64,000 nt of DNA from Adineta vaga (GCA_021613535.1 CP075493.1:5828001-5892000), one strand, 5' to 3'; shown: positions 26,501 through 41,163, numbered from the stretch's first letter. The notes: generated from the sequence alone by a model not told the origin. Numbers and translations are program-made.

Positions 26501-27471
26501 GCGAACGAGAACGTGTTGCTTATTCGCATATTGTTCAACGATTTACCACAGCACTTGTATGTCATCGAGAATTTTATCTTTGTTTTTTTTTTTACAAAAT
26601 AGAACCTCTGTTTGATGTCTCATAGACAACATCGGATCAAAAAAGTGAATTAATAAGTGCAGCGAAATTATTTCATGAAGTAAAAAATGATTCAGTTGCT
26701 CAGGTATATAATATTAATTGTTCAAAGAATCCTATTATTTGTTTGTATCTAGTTAACTGAAGAGGAAGCTCGTCTAATAAGCAAACAAGATGAACTTGAA
26801 AAGAAATTATTTACTGTTCAATTAAAAGGTCTATCATTAGTTGATACGTTAGAAACATTGATCATTCAATATGAAAAAGATGCGGATATTCTTCGAAAAG
26901 AATTCAATATGAATGATAAACGATATTGGTGGATTAAAATTCAAGCATATGCAAAGAAAAATGCTTGGGTACAATTATTAGAATTTGGAAAAAAACAAAC
27001 ATCACCGATTGGTTATGAAGTAAGAACTTGAGTTTCAGAAGAGAATAGTTGTTTGATTTGTTTGGTCTTTTTTAGCCATTTATTGACGTATGTATTCGAT
27101 ATAAAAGATTTGATGAAGCTCGTCGTTTTCTTGATCGATCGATTTACTCATTAAAATTGGATGAAAAACGTCTTCCATTTATGTATGCAAAAATTCAGTA
27201 AGTATACATATATATATATATATCTTCATTGATCGTTAGTGTTTTCTTTCATTAATTATTAATCATTTTAAGAATGTTTGATGAAGCAATTGATTCTGCA
27301 ATAAAATTAAAATCACTTGATGCTTTGAATTTTATTGAATCGACAATTCAACCTAATGATCCGAATGTTCCACGAATTCAACAAGCAATTGAAAAATTAC
27401 AAGATTATGGTGATAATCCATTAAAACAAGTCTTTGGGTTTCTATATCGTGGTAATCGAGCAGATGAATAG
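23556..27471 (+). CDS. VPS16: Vacuolar protein sorting 16 (HOPS/CORVET subunit), many short exons
   Basis: Motifs VAMAPCGGPIA, LIDRLLRR..RILVQWA, DKRYWWIKIQAYA..W..L.EF.K..SPIGYEPF. Not every junction was checked. Confidence 0.9.
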
Positions 27472-29282
27472 CAAAATTGAATTAATTCTGATTGTAACAA
27501 TGATTTCAACGGTTTCTTTTCTTCAACTGTGTAATTCTTTTATTTATATATTGATTATTTAATTTCAAAAATAAAAAAAGCATGATAACGATATTTTCGT
27601 TCAGAAATCAGCAACTGTGTGAGTTATGAATTTCAAATCCTTAGAAGTTCATGAAACCATATCAACAGATTATTTTTCGCTTGCGAGAAAAACTGAGATT
27701 ATTACAAAGAGTTTTGTTCAATGTAAAAAATAATATTTAAATTCTAATATAAAAATGAAACAGAATTTTAAAGAATGACGTTAAGTTGTCATTGATGTAA
27801 TAGTCTTAATTAAAAAGAAAGACAGTCATTCGATTTCAAACACATCCCAACGACGACTAAACCAAACCATCTGTCATTCACTTATGAAAAATATCAATAG
27901 CAGATGAACTGATGGTGATAATGACAATGCTGACTAAGTTCTATTGAATTTCTTGAACTATAAAAAAAGGAAAATTCTATCAAATGATAAGCCATTATTC
28001 TAGACTAATAAATGACAGATTCCATTTGAGTTGTTACTGAATAATTTCCAAGACACATCCTGTAGAAAAGGAAAAGTGGTAATTTTTCAAAAGACAAACT
28101 CTTCTAATGAGAATATCACTCATGCATAGACCTCCACCGGTGAGACATACTTGAAATGAATTAGCTTATTATGGCATTTTTTTTCCTATATCAACAGTGG
28201 ATTAACAGAAAAGATATATCATGTCATGAAAAAAAAATTGTTTTCTTTTTTCCATAAGATAAATGGCGTAGTTTAGTATTGCATGTAAAACATTCATTTG
28301 ATGATTAATATTTTTAAAAAAAGAGAGAGAGAATATATCAGACGAGAAGAGAAACGATATTCAAAGTAAAAATAACTGTAAAGCTTCATCATTTAACACT
28401 GATTAATAGATACTTCTACTTCATTTTCTTTCTCTGTTTCAGTTTCTTCTATCGGATGTCAATTACATCAAGTTTCATGCATTTTATATTTCATCTCGTT
28501 TGTCTTTTCAATTTCTTTCTTTTCTCTCAACGATATTTTATTATATATTGATCGGCATCATTATCGAGAATAATAGTGCACACAATATGCCTATATAATA
28601 GCATTTAGTAGATGCAATGTCTAGAGTTTGAGAAGGTATGCGTGCATTTCTATTTCAAAATCCGTTTTCTAATGTTGTTGACAGTTTAGTGGTTTTTTTA
28701 GTTCTTTTTTCTTCTCCTAGTATAATCAACTCAATGAGGAAGAAAAGAAAAAGAAAAGATCTTTCTTTTTTCTTCTTCTTCTTCGTTGAATTAAAGGAGA
28801 AAAAGTGTTCATCAAAGGAAAGAAAAGGCGAGCCGTTTCATATGAAAAGGAAATTTGTGGCCCAAGGTGCGTATTAGTCGTGCAAATCAAGTCTACTATA
28901 AAGAATCTATCACATCGCGACAATGTCTGGTAACTATCCTATTCTTTCTAATCATATTTTCCTATGTAATTTTCATAATTAAACAAACAACAACATACTG
29001 CCGATATTGATGTGTTCTTAGACGATGAAAATGAAAGTGATCATTATTTTATATTTTACAGCTAATCGATTTACTTGAATAAGAAGAAAAATCTTGTGTA
29101 TTGAACTGGAATGTATCTAATAGGTCTTACCGAATGACTATTAGTGTCTTATGTTTTTTAGTTTATAGAAAAGGAAAAGAAAGAAAATTTTCACCATTAA
29201 AGCATTATTAAGGTCGTTATTTTTTGTTAGAATTTCATCGTTCATATTCCAATACAGAGCATTCTTTCTAGATTTGATAAAT

Positions 29283-32200
29283 ATGCTCGAAGGTCAACTG
29301 TTGAATGATGTACTTTCTCGAGTTGAACAATCACGTTTTTCATATAATTCTCAAACGGAAGAATTTCGTTCTTTAAATACAAATTTTCAAACCTATTTGA
29401 TCGATATTAAACAAATTGATGATGACAATAATCGATTACAGCAAAGTATTGAAGATATTCGAACAAATTATATTCAAACATTAGAAAATCATCTCAAACG
29501 TTTACCGGAAGATTTTCGACAAGAAAGTCATGTATTAACTGAAGCTCATTTCGAACGATATAAATCGAAAAGTCGTGCAAAACGTTTTCTTAATGAACGT
29601 GAAGAAATTAAGAAACGAATTAACTTCTTGATGAATAATGAAAAAGAACAAAGTAAACGTTTAAATTATTTACAGAGACAAGATCGAATCATACAAAATG
29701 AATTGAAAAGTATCAGTGAACAATTTCAAAGTGTTCATAATCATTTGGAAAGAGAAAAACAAATTCATCAACAAACAATGAATAAAGTTGATCAATTACA
29801 TCTGAAATTGGAACAAGTTTGTGTTGAACGATCAAAAACTGAAGTAAGAGAAAAAAAAATTGATTTTGTAAGAGAATTATGATTGATATATATATATATA
29901 TGGATTTTTAGTTCGAAGTTCAAAATCTTCGCGAAGAAGTAAAATTGATGCAAACGGCAAAAGAATTTCTTGATGATGAATATGAAACGATACTTGCCGT
30001 ACAAACAGAAGCAAATGATTATTTTCTAACATGTTTAAATGAATCAATCCTACGTATATATGATGATTTTGATCAGCTAAATAAACGACAAATGGAACAA
30101 GTTGAAATTGAATATGAAAAAATGATTAAAATTCTTGAAGAAAATTCTTTAGCAAATGAAATGATCAATGAAACAGAAATGAATCGACAACGTACATCTC
30201 AAGTTGAATTTCGTAAACTTCAAGAAGAATATCAATTAATGACTGAAGAATTAACCACACTCAATGGACATAATCATATTTTATCAGAACGTATTGTTGA
30301 TATGGTAAGTCTGAGAAATTCTCTTTTTTCAATACAACATCGTAACTATAAATATTCATTGATATAGGAAAGTGATTTGTATGCAATACGTAATACACAT
30401 CTACGAGAATCGATAAATAAAGAAAATGAATTACAACAAAGTAAAATGGAATTAGATTCGTTAAACGAACAATTAAATCAGTTAACAGAATATGATCGAA
30501 ATTTAAAATTTGAATTGACACTCTATCGAGGAGTTTTAGAAAGTGAATATCGACGAAAACAGCAGCAGCAGCAACCTGTTCGACCAACTGTATTACGAAC
30601 AATGGCTATAAGAAATAATAAAACTTATCCAGTAAATATATAAGTTTCTAAAACAAAAGAATTTGTTCATCTTTTTGTTTTCAAAGATTTTAACAAACCA
30701 CCAACAAATTGAATTAAATGGAGAAAAAAACGATGTTCAATCTTCTGAACCTACGTTATCAACAAATGATATGAAAGAGAGTCCTATAGCAGTTTCAAAA
30801 AACTTGTCACAAGAATGGAAGAAATCATTCGATGAAAATCAACAAAGTAAAACGCCGACAACTCCTCGACAATCTCCTTCGGAAATACCAATAGCAGTAA
30901 CTAATGAGACAGCGTTACCAGATCAGTCAGAATCTAACAACGATGGTCGAACTCTACTCGAAACGATAACGTATCTGACTTCGACTTTATTCGGAAACGA
31001 AGAAGATCCGAACAATGCCAATGAACCACCTAAGATATCTTCCGAAGACGAGAAATCCACTACAAACGTTCCGATTGACGAAGAATTATCACTTCTTACT
31101 ACATCGACGACCTCAATGCAACCTTCGAAAGATGAACAAATATCAGAAGAACATGAAAAAGCAGCATCTATTTCTCCTGAAACAGAAAGAAGCCCTTCAG
31201 AATATCATTCGTCGTTCCTTACAACACAAGATGAAATTCAAGAATCATCAGATAACGAACTAACCTCACCAATTCATAAACAACTTAATGATGAACAGAT
31301 TGAAATGGAAGACACTTCACCATCACTTTCAGCATCATTACAGGAACAGACAGAACCACTTGAGGATTATCAGCCATCTTACATCGATCCAACAATAAAG
31401 GAAGAAAAGTCTCCAACATTGTCTACCGATATATCATCTCATGATCAACCGGAAGAAAATCAAGATTCTACGGAAGCTTCAAAATTAGTTGTAACATCAT
31501 TCGCACATGAGCAAACATCTAACGGCCAAGCATCTACAACGGATTTATCGTCTCCAATACAATCAGATCAACAATCACCTATTGAAATTGCTACATTAGA
31601 TGATCATTCATGTTTATACAATCAACAGGCACAACAGGATGCATCGTCATCAGAATCAACCTCATTCTCATCGACTGTTCAACAAAATTCTTTGGCACCT
31701 TCTCAAGAGCAATCATCATCAGAACATCAACAACTCTCTTCACTTGATGATAACGTTCAAGCACAAACTTCATTCATATCGACTGATGAACAACAAATAT
31801 CAAATTGCATAGGTAAATTCATCTGTATACAAACTCTTGTCATTTGTACCTTAGAGCCTAGAAGATTGATACAACTTACCAATCACGTTATATCTTTTAA
31901 GGAGACATCCCTGATGCAAACTATGTCACTGAATCATCGGATGGATATGATAATGATTTTGAACCCGAAGAGAAAACGAAATCATCATCGTATGAAACAG
32001 ACAACACCGAACAAGATATATCTCATCCATCACTTCAGACTATCGATGAACAAGACACGAGTCAATCTGATAAAGAAGAAACATCTTCTTTAGACGAAAC
32101 ACATCTACAAAATGATGAACCTATTTTAGAAGAACAAATTACTTGTTCTAGTAGCAATCAAATCGAGGAAGATAGTGGCATTGGCTTTATTTCTTCCTCA

Positions 32201-34075
32201 GGTTATTATGGAACTTTAAATGATTGCACTCATTCATTGAATCAAGAGCTGAAAAGACCTGAGTCAAGTCAAGCATCCTTTACTGACGTAGGTGATGATA
32301 ACACTGGTTCGATGGGAGGTTCGTACATTGAAAAATCGTCTCTTTCTATCATATCAATTTATATTTATTCTAGAAGTTGATCGATCAACTTCTCCAAAAC
32401 TCGAAGACAAAGATTCCAATGAAACGAATGAATTAACTTTAGAAGTTGTTATGGAAGGTTTGTCATGGAGACATGATTCTTAAAAGATAGATTGATAGTA
32501 GAGAATCAAATTCGAAACTCTCTTTTTGTATATAATTAGATCTTCGATATGTCTATCGTGATTTGGCCAATGAAGATGATTTAGTCGAGATCAATGATCA
32601 TTTTCCAAATCAGTTAACCGATCGTTTAGAATTCGGTGATAATCTCATCCGAATACTCTTTGATAATTTTCTAACGAAATATATTGTCCAACCTGCTGCT
32701 TTAGACAGTAAATAATTCTTTTCTTTTTGAAGAATAAAAGTTTGTTTTATACAAATTTAGTTCGTTCAAAAACACTCGATTGGATCGAATTTCGTGATAT
32801 ACTTTTTCCAATTCTAACCGGTCGATACATGGAGCGACATATTCGAAAATTATTTGATTTATTCGATACAAGTAAAGATGGTTATTTATCATTCGAAGAA
32901 ATCATTGGTATTGATCTTTTCAAATAATTCGTTTTCTTTTCTCTAAAACAAGAGATTTTCTTTAGATCTATTTGAACTTCTTCAAGTTAATAATTCCACG
33001 GAATTAGCACGTTTTATGATGAATGAATTCGATAAGAATCAAGATGATAAATTAAGTATTGATGGTAAGATTATGAAGTTAAACGTTTAGAAATAGATGT
33101 AATTATCTTTGAATTGTTTAGAATTTGTTGCTATCGTAAAGAAAACCGATGATATTAATAATAATATTCTTCCAGAAAAACTTGAAATTAAATCTTGGTT
33201 TATGCAACATCCACTTAATGATGAAAATCATGCAATACAAACGATTTCATTCGAAGTACCTGTTATCAATTATCCATCAAAATCGAACATGAACAGTGCA
33301 GAAATGATTAACAATCAAATCACTTGTTAGACATAAAATTTTTCGTTATATTGATTGAATGAAAATTTTTCTTTTAGTATTAGCTCGAATCTTCAAAAGA
33401 GTCGGTGCTGATGTGGAAAATAAACAATTAGATAGTAACAAATCAACATTAGCTATGAAATTAACCAATGAATTTATTACTAATAATATTAACATATCGA
33501 ATGAAGATCTTTATTCATTTATTGAATTGTATTTAAACAAAAAGCAAAATTCAGGTATTAATTTTTTTCTTTCGATAAGATTTCATTTGATGACGATTTT
33601 AATCTATCGATATTTAGATTGTTTTATTAAATGGGAAGAATTTCGAGATATATTTCGTCCATTTGTTAATGATGGAATGGTTATGAAAGAAGATTTATCT
33701 CGTTGGTTTGATATATTGAAAATTAATCCTCATGAAACAATTGAAAAAGAACAGTAAATATGAGTAAAGAAATCTCGAATATTATCATTTTTCATTCTGA
33801 TAGGGTTCTTCATTTACTTCGTTTGTTACAATTGTCTAATCCAGAGAATATTCTCAATAAAATGAATGAAACTGCGGGAATAGATGCAAATCCTAATGAT
33901 TCATCTACATTGGAAGGTAAGATAATCTGTAAAGTTTTACTAAATTACTAATTTTCTTTATTTAGAATTACTCTTTGCTTTTGATAATACTGATGAAACA
34001 ACAGCTCGTCTTTATTTGAACAATGAACAAATTCAAAATTATGATCAACAATGGCTTACAAAAACTATCTTCTAG
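29283..34075 (+). CDS. Divergent IF-rod protein with long S/T/E/Q-rich linker and C-terminal EF-hands (about 1,330 aa by my model, 14 exons)
   Basis: Coil 1A-like EEFRSLNTNFQTYL.DIKQIDDDNNRL; coil 2B-like LKFELTLYRGVLESE; EF loops DTSKDGYLSFEE and DKNQDDKLSIDE. The predicted GT-AG junctions keep the frame. Confidence 0.8.
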
Positions 34076-34258
34076 ATCTATATATCTTAATCTCTCTTTT
34101 ACTTCATATTATTTTCATCCAGTGACATTAGTATCTTTTATCACACTCAAAACAATGCTGTCAAATAGAAAAATAACATAGTGTAGTTTAGCACATACAA
34201 TCGAATTTTTATTTCAATAATATTTTGAATAAAATCGCACATGTACATCGTTACTCAA

Positions 34259-35571
34259 TTCATTTCAATTGTTCTCTTCTGCACAACATTGCCAAGGTAA
34301 ATTCTTGAGTCACAGTTGTATTTTCAAAGAATCACATACTTCATGCACCTTGATTTCATGCAGCAATAGGATTACCATCAGTAGTATTATAGACAAGACT
34401 AATTGTACTAGATGACTAATTAAGAAAATAAAAAAATTAACTAAAGAAATAAAACAGATTTCATATACTTACTGTCATTATACTATTCTCATACAAAACA
34501 CCTGCACACACTAGAATTCGTCAAAATTTTATAAACCACAATCGTATATATATATATATATTGTCTTACTATCAATAACAAATGGATCAAACATAGTATT
34601 AGATTACACGTAACTGCTTTGTTGTTGAATTGAGATTTGATTTCATAGACCATAACTGTCGCGATTATATATATTTATATAAACACTCAATAAATGGATA
34701 TGTGATTTTTGTAAAAAGTAAATAACAAGCAATTTGATTGTTATTTTTCTATAATGACGCGACAGACAGTTTACCTACGATTTATTGTTGATGTGTCAGC
34801 TATTTGTATGACTTTTAAAAATATTGCTTCTAGACATCAGACACTCGACACATGCCGATCATTTGTTATTCTTTTTTCTTTCTTATAAGATTATAAACAT
34901 ACATTGAATACATATGATTTCTAAGAAATCATGTCAGATGACGTTTTACTATACCTAGATTATAGAATTAAAAAGAATACAATGAATATTGCGCAATGCA
35001 GTATATAATTTTCTGATAAAACTTTTTTCGTCTGGTTTATTCATATCGAGATTTTATAACATGATCAAATTAGTCATCAGCAAAATATAGAGAGAGAGAG
35101 AGATAATAAAAAATGTCAGTTAAGATGGTAAAAACCGTTTCTTCTAACTGATGAATTTTGATAATCAATTCCAATGCAAGATTTGTTTTTCTTGATTAAA
35201 AAATACATTTATTAATTCAGTTGTTTAAATTTAAACAAAACTTCAATTAATAGAATTTGAAATACAATTGTAAAATAATATCTGATCCATGTATCCAGTT
35301 CCATTTCATTCCGAGTAGAATAATTGAGATTCATAAGATTTATCAAGATACAGTTGTGTTATGTTGAATTCTAAATAATCGAAGATGTTCCCTTCGTTTT
35401 TGTACTTCTTGATAAGGTTGAGAAGTAATAAGTTTAGTTTGATCAGCACTTTGAATTGTGCTTTCGACGTAGGCAAGAGCCACTGCGCCTAAAAAAAATA
35501 TAAGACATTAAACTAAAAGATACTATTAGTCATTTACCATCAACAGTGGAACTACAAAATGGTGCGCTCAT
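34259..35571 (-). pseudogene. Degenerate exon/intron remnants or very small genes
   Basis: GT-AG-bounded segments on the minus strand (e.g. 35571-35343 MSAPFCSSTVDG|AVALAYVEST..., 59 aa), with in-frame stops in the neighbouring segments. No recognisable domain. Confidence 0.3.
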
Positions 35572-36361
35572 TGTCGTTTTTGTGAATGTTGTATAGTGAC
35601 ATGGAAAGATGAATCAATGAATGTATTTATACCAATGTCTTTCATGATTTTTTCGGAAGGGAAGTGTAAAATGCAGTACAATGCAGGAGTGACTCCTATG
35701 TAAACTGACGTCATCGACGGGTCTTTCGCGTGAAACGTTAGAGGAAAGGAGAAAGGTATGCATATGATGATTGACATACCTTGTTCTTACATCACTATGG
35801 ATGTTTCCAAATCGTTTCGTTACACGTCAAAATATAATTCATTACCATGGTTCTTATCTGTATATGACATCTACAAGTGTTTATCTTATTTGATCGGACC
35901 AGTTGGCATTTATTGGCAAATTCCAACTAAAACACATGTAATCTTTACTATTTTCATGTATTATGAAATGCGAAACGGAAGACAAGTACGAAATCATTAT
36001 CAAATCGACTTGTAACCTACTGAGAAAGTCAAATGTTGGATATTTACCTCAACGATACAAATCTTGACAAGTAAGTAGCAAACTGTTCGTAGTTACGTGT
36101 AAAGAGGCGAAATATACAATATTGTCTACTCTACATTATTCTTATTTAATTGACGATGGAGAAATTCGTTTTTTAGATTATCAACAGCTGATATAGAAGA
36201 GACAGTTTCTGGATACAAATGACGTCAAAACATCATATCATACATCTCGAACTAGAATCAATTTGCAATTAGTTTGTTGATGGACATGTTTTTCGAGTAA
36301 TCATTCGTTAATTAATAACTGTTCGACTTCGATGCTTTCGCTATATATATATATATATATA

Positions 36362-36561
36362 CAGTGGTGGCAAAAAGTTTCGTGACACTTGTAAATTACC
36401 TCCTAAAATTTTATATTGAATTGAATTGGAACTCTATTCATATGTCTGGTATAATTACTAGTAGACCTTTCATAATTTATTCAGAAATCAAAAAACAAAT
36501 CATTTCATCATAAAAAAAAAATCAACAGGAAATACCTTCAGCGGCAAAAAGTTTCGTGACA
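36362..36561 (+). repeat. Left terminal inverted repeat with outer and inner direct repeats
   Basis: Reverse complement of 37761-37960; GGCAAAAAGTTTCGTGACA occurs at both ends of the repeat. Confidence 0.95.
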
Positions 36562-36682
36562 CTATCATTATTTATAAGACTATTGGTCAATAACCAATCC
36601 AACTGAAGTGCGACATCTACCAATCGATAGAAAAAGACTATGTACCAATAATTAAGTGGGAATTTTTCTTTGACAAAATAAT

Positions 36683-37708
36683 ATGACACAGTCACATATT
36701 CGTGAATATCAACGGGCTCAATGCATTGCGTTGAGAAATGCTGGTATGTCATATCGCGCCATTGCTATAGATATTGGTGTTTCTCGGGCTTCAGTACAAC
36801 GTTCTTTGGAACGATTTGATGAAACAGGCGGTTTTCAAGATCGTTCTCGGTCGGGTAGACCGAAAAAACTCAATGATCGTGATATTCGTATGTTAAAACA
36901 TTTGGTTCAAGATGATGCTAATCGAAGTTCATCAAGGGAATTGATGCTTAAATTGAATGAATCATTAGAAAAACCAGTCTGTAGAAGAACAGTTATAAAT
37001 TATTTACAAAAATTCGGATATGAATTTAAAGTTAAAGTTGAAAAACCATATCTCAATAAACAACATCGAAATGCTCGATTACAATGGTGTTTAGAACATT
37101 CGAATTGGACTGTTGATGATTGGAAGAAGGTTTTATTCAGTGACGAGTCGACTTTTTATGTTATTAAACGTAAAAGTGAAACAAAAATATGGCGTACAAA
37201 AGATGAAAAATGGCGAGAAGGTTGTATGGCTGTTGCTGCTACTGGTGGTGGAGGTCGTGCTGGCTTTTGGGGTGTTATTACATGGAAAGGAGCAGGTTGT
37301 TTCAGGATTTATTCTGAAAATACGAATAGTGACGTCTATTGCAACATCCTAGACAATTATTTAGTTCCAACTGTCCAAATGTATGGTTTCGAAAATGATT
37401 TTATGTTCCAACATGATAATGCCCGTTATCATACTTCAAATAAAACTCAAGAAAAATTACAAGAATTAAATGTTAAAGTACTTCAATGGCCAGCGAAATC
37501 ACCTGACCTTAACCCCATCGAACAATTATGGTCGATTATCGATAATAAATTAAAATCCAGACGAATGTCTTCGATTAAAGAATTAATCAATGGTTTATCT
37601 GCCGAATGGTTGAATATAACACCAGAGTTGTGTGAAAAACTTGTATTTTCAATGCCACAGCGGATACATAATTGTATCAAAGCACGTGGCAAATGCATAG
37701 ATTATTGA
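36683..37708 (+). CDS. Tc1-like transposase, 341 aa
   Basis: N-terminal HTH, RSGRPKKL, W..VLFSDES, FQHDNA..H, WPAKSPDLNPIE; 34 residues between the second D and the E. Confidence 0.97.
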   Translation: MTQSHIREYQRAQCIALRNAGMSYRAIAIDIGVSRASVQRSLERFDETGGFQDRSRSGRPKKLNDRDIRMLKHLVQDDANRSSSRELMLKLNESLEKPVCRRTVINYLQKFGYEFKVKVEKPYLNKQHRNARLQWCLEHSNWTVDDWKKVLFSDESTFYVIKRKSETKIWRTKDEKWREGCMAVAATGGGGRAGFWGVITWKGAGCFRIYSENTNSDVYCNILDNYLVPTVQMYGFENDFMFQHDNARYHTSNKTQEKLQELNVKVLQWPAKSPDLNPIEQLWSIIDNKLKSRRMSSIKELINGLSAEWLNITPELCEKLVFSMPQRIHNCIKARGKCIDY

Positions 37709-37760
37709 ATTATAAGATTTCGAAAATCATTTTGATTTGTTTTTATACATTAATAGTTTT

Positions 37761-37960
37761 TGTCACGAAACTTTTTGCCGCTGAAGGTATTTCCTGTTGA
37801 TTTTTTTTTTATGATGAAATGATTTGTTTTTTGATTTCTGAATAAATTATGAAAGGTCTACTAGTAATTATACCAGACATATGAATAGAGTTCCAATTCA
37901 ATTCAATATAAAATTTTAGGAGGTAATTTACAAGTGTCACGAAACTTTTTGCCACCACTG
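37761..37960 (-). repeat. Right terminal inverted repeat
   Basis: Matches the left repeat over 200 bp by eye. Confidence 0.95.
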
Positions 37961-39635
37961 TATATTTAACTCGTTTCATCAACAACAATATCGCTTTTGG
38001 TCATTAACAAAGAAAGAATTTTTTCTATTGATATAATGTAAAACAGTACTGAAGATAATTTTTCCATCAGTTATATCATCTGGAAGAAAATGACATAAAT
38101 AATATCTATTCAAGTTTGTGCTTAATGTACATCAACATCAGAAAATTATCCCGAGAAAAATAATAGGACAAATTCTTCAACTGATTTTCAGTTCGAATAA
38201 TTGTTAAGAAAAAAACAACAATAACAACAGAGTCGATCGTTTTATTATTATTTCACGTGTTTGAATGATCAAAATCGAAAACATTTCTTATATTTTGTTA
38301 TCCAATAGTATGATTCTTCTTGAAAAACAAAAAAGAACAACAACTGCGTCTCCTTATATGTGCATATACAATAGAATCGATATCGATTAATTCTTTAATA
38401 TCTCGTCTGAGTCTGTATTGATTGATTGATATAATCTGTTGTTCAAACTGACTAATATTATCAAACAAAGCACATACACATACTTTAACTAATCCATTGC
38501 AATACGTATTGTTTTCATGTCCTCTTCGTCTTTTTCTTCTTTCATTCGAGAAAGTGACAAGATCAACTACTGACATTTGCCTAATAAATTGCAGTATTTA
38601 TTCATCCGTTCGGCCTTTCTCTCTTTCTTTCTTTTATAGTTATTTGTCTCATGTTTTACTTGGCGAAATAATGTGCTATTTTACGGATGAATAATTAATT
38701 CTTATATAGTTTAATATTCATTACCATACAAGTATCTCATTAGAATATTAGTTTGGTCACAGGTAAGAAACAAAAGAACCCGATTTTTTGCATGTTCTCA
38801 TCATCATCATCATCATCCGGGTCCACATGTTCAAAGCGCGACATGAATAGACGAATAACCGAAGAGAAAAGCGATATGCACATAATCAATGAAGTGCATA
38901 TAGAATACCGTTTCGTTGTATCGATATCGATTCGAGTTTGAGATTATAATCATTAGAAAACATATTTATTGACAGGAAAATCGTTCTAAGAGAATGTGGT
39001 ATACAAATAGGTATTCATTTGATATGTTTTATTTCTACGTTTATTGATTCTAAATATTGCCCTAAGGAAATAAAATACAAGTATAGATTATGAAATTAAG
39101 AAGAAAAGAAGATTTTTCTTTTTTATTCAAGTATTCAACGTTATAATTATTAATCATCAGTTCGAAGAAAAACATCGGAAAATATTTTAATTTCATTTAT
39201 TATTAATTTTTCTAAATAAACAAGTCCAAAGAAAACATTTATTTAATATTAACCAAATTCTTCTTTTTCTCGTCGTTTTCTTTTTAAACGAAGAAAAATT
39301 AGTTTTTCTTCTGTAATCATTGATATACTCTTCGAATCAGAATTGATCGATGTAGAAAAGGAAGGAGAACAGAAGAAAGGCTTCTCTTCTTTTTTTTTGC
39401 TTCCTATTTTTACCACCAAATCTTTTCCGAAAGACAGAATGAAAAAGAAGAATAACGACTCTCACATAAACTATTACCCATCGATAGACGATGTGTTTTT
39501 TTTTGTATTGTATGTATGGCAAAGCATACGATTTTTTCCTCTTCTTCTTCTTCTCTCTTTTATTTCTATCTATAAAAAGCAAAAATGATTATAGGTCATA
39601 CTTGAATGTGATGGAAGAAAACACTCTATTTTTAG

Positions 39636-39966
39636 ATTGAATCAACTTGCAAATAACATGGATGGTTTATATGATTGTATACGAATTATGAAAATTTCAA
39701 GTGAAAAATTACAATCAACACGTTATTCTGAATCCTTACGACATACAACATTAATACGATCGACATTTTCACAATCACGTAAACAATTCTGTGAGTTATT
39801 TTATTCATTTCTTAAAACGATTTCAACAACACAAATATTATTACCTATTCTCATACAAAATCAAGAATTTCTTTTACCAGATGAACAAACAATGAATACA
39901 TCATCACAAAAACGAAAATCTTCACATGTTGATACAGTTAAACGATTACGAATCACATCAACTTAA
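39636..39966 (+). CDS. Small uncharacterised protein (last exon; 5' structure uncertain)
   Basis: Open frame after a TTTTTAG acceptor; codon style like neighbouring genes; basic C-terminus QKRK..KRLR. Confidence 0.45.
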
Positions 39967-41163
39967 GTTTTGTCAATATAATGTAAGAACAAAAATCTTC
40001 AATAAGTATGATTCCATTCCTGTATCTATTTATCTATCCAATCGTGTTTTTCTTTGCTTCTTACAAACAAACAAACGAACAAATCTTTTTCATGTAACAA
40101 TTGTCAAGATGTTACCTTTTCTATCGTAAAAACTATCATTCGTTTTTCTTTTCTTGGTTCACAGATGTGAGAAAGTTTTTGTTAGTATTCAGGGTGAATT
40201 CGACCTAGATATCTAGCAATATAAATAAACAAAAACTTCTGATAATAGCTAGTCTCTCTCGAATGGATCCTATCTTGATTAACTATATCCAATTCTCTAA
40301 GGTTTCTCGTTCTACAAGAACAAAAATACAACACATTGATCTCATTTATGTCTATGTGTGATGATGTATTGTAGATAAATTTTGATAAATAATGTGAACA
40401 AAAAGCTAATTTATTCATAATTATACGAGTAAATGTGAAACATATTAATCTTCTACTGTTGCATAGCTTATCAAAAAGCTTCGTAAATATGGTCTATATG
40501 TCAACGAATTGTTTTTTATTAACTAATTTAATAGACTTTTCTTTTCTTGTTTCTCCTTCTTCTCCTCATATTGTTTGACTAATGAGAGATTTATTGATCT
40601 CAAGCATGTAATAGAATCTTGTCAAAACGATGTTGGTATTAATAAATCGTTTTGCTACTAGCAAAAGTTCGAGAGAAGAAACGAGAATTACTGACATGTC
40701 AATGAAAGTTAGCGAATAAGCAGAAGTTATTCTTGTCAACTAAATTGCTAGAATATTCAAATTTATTTCTAGTAACATATGACTCATATGGGGATAACAA
40801 CTGTTTCGATGATGAATATCATTTTCTATAAATATAAAAAGATTCATGCATAATAAGCAATTGTAATCTAATGAAAAGTAGTATTATTATGAACATTGAA
40901 AGTTCTTTCGACCTTTTTTTTTTGATTTCTTCTTTATTATAATTAATTTCAAGGAAATTTATGTTAGTTTGATTTACACAACAACAATAATGATATTTAC
41001 ATAAAAGAAATGTTCAATGCTAAAGAAAAAGGAGAGAACACCGGATATTTATTTTTTTGAAAAAAAAGAAACCTATAATAAATAAGAAGTATTGGATGGA
41101 TAGTAACAATGTATCACTATAGAGATAAAAAGAAGATGAGAAATCAGACTTTCGATATTTTGT

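Larger units (their letters stand above)
36362..37960 (+). mobile_element. Full-length Tc1/mariner DNA transposon (DD34E, IR/DR type), 1,599 bp
   Basis: CAGTG..CACTG ends flanked by TA on both sides; 200-bp terminal inverted repeats; uninterrupted transposase ORF. Confidence 0.97.

Noticed and set aside
32170-32200. DSGIG in the IF/EF-hand linker as a beta-TrCP degron
   Set aside because: It does not complete the DSGxxS consensus.
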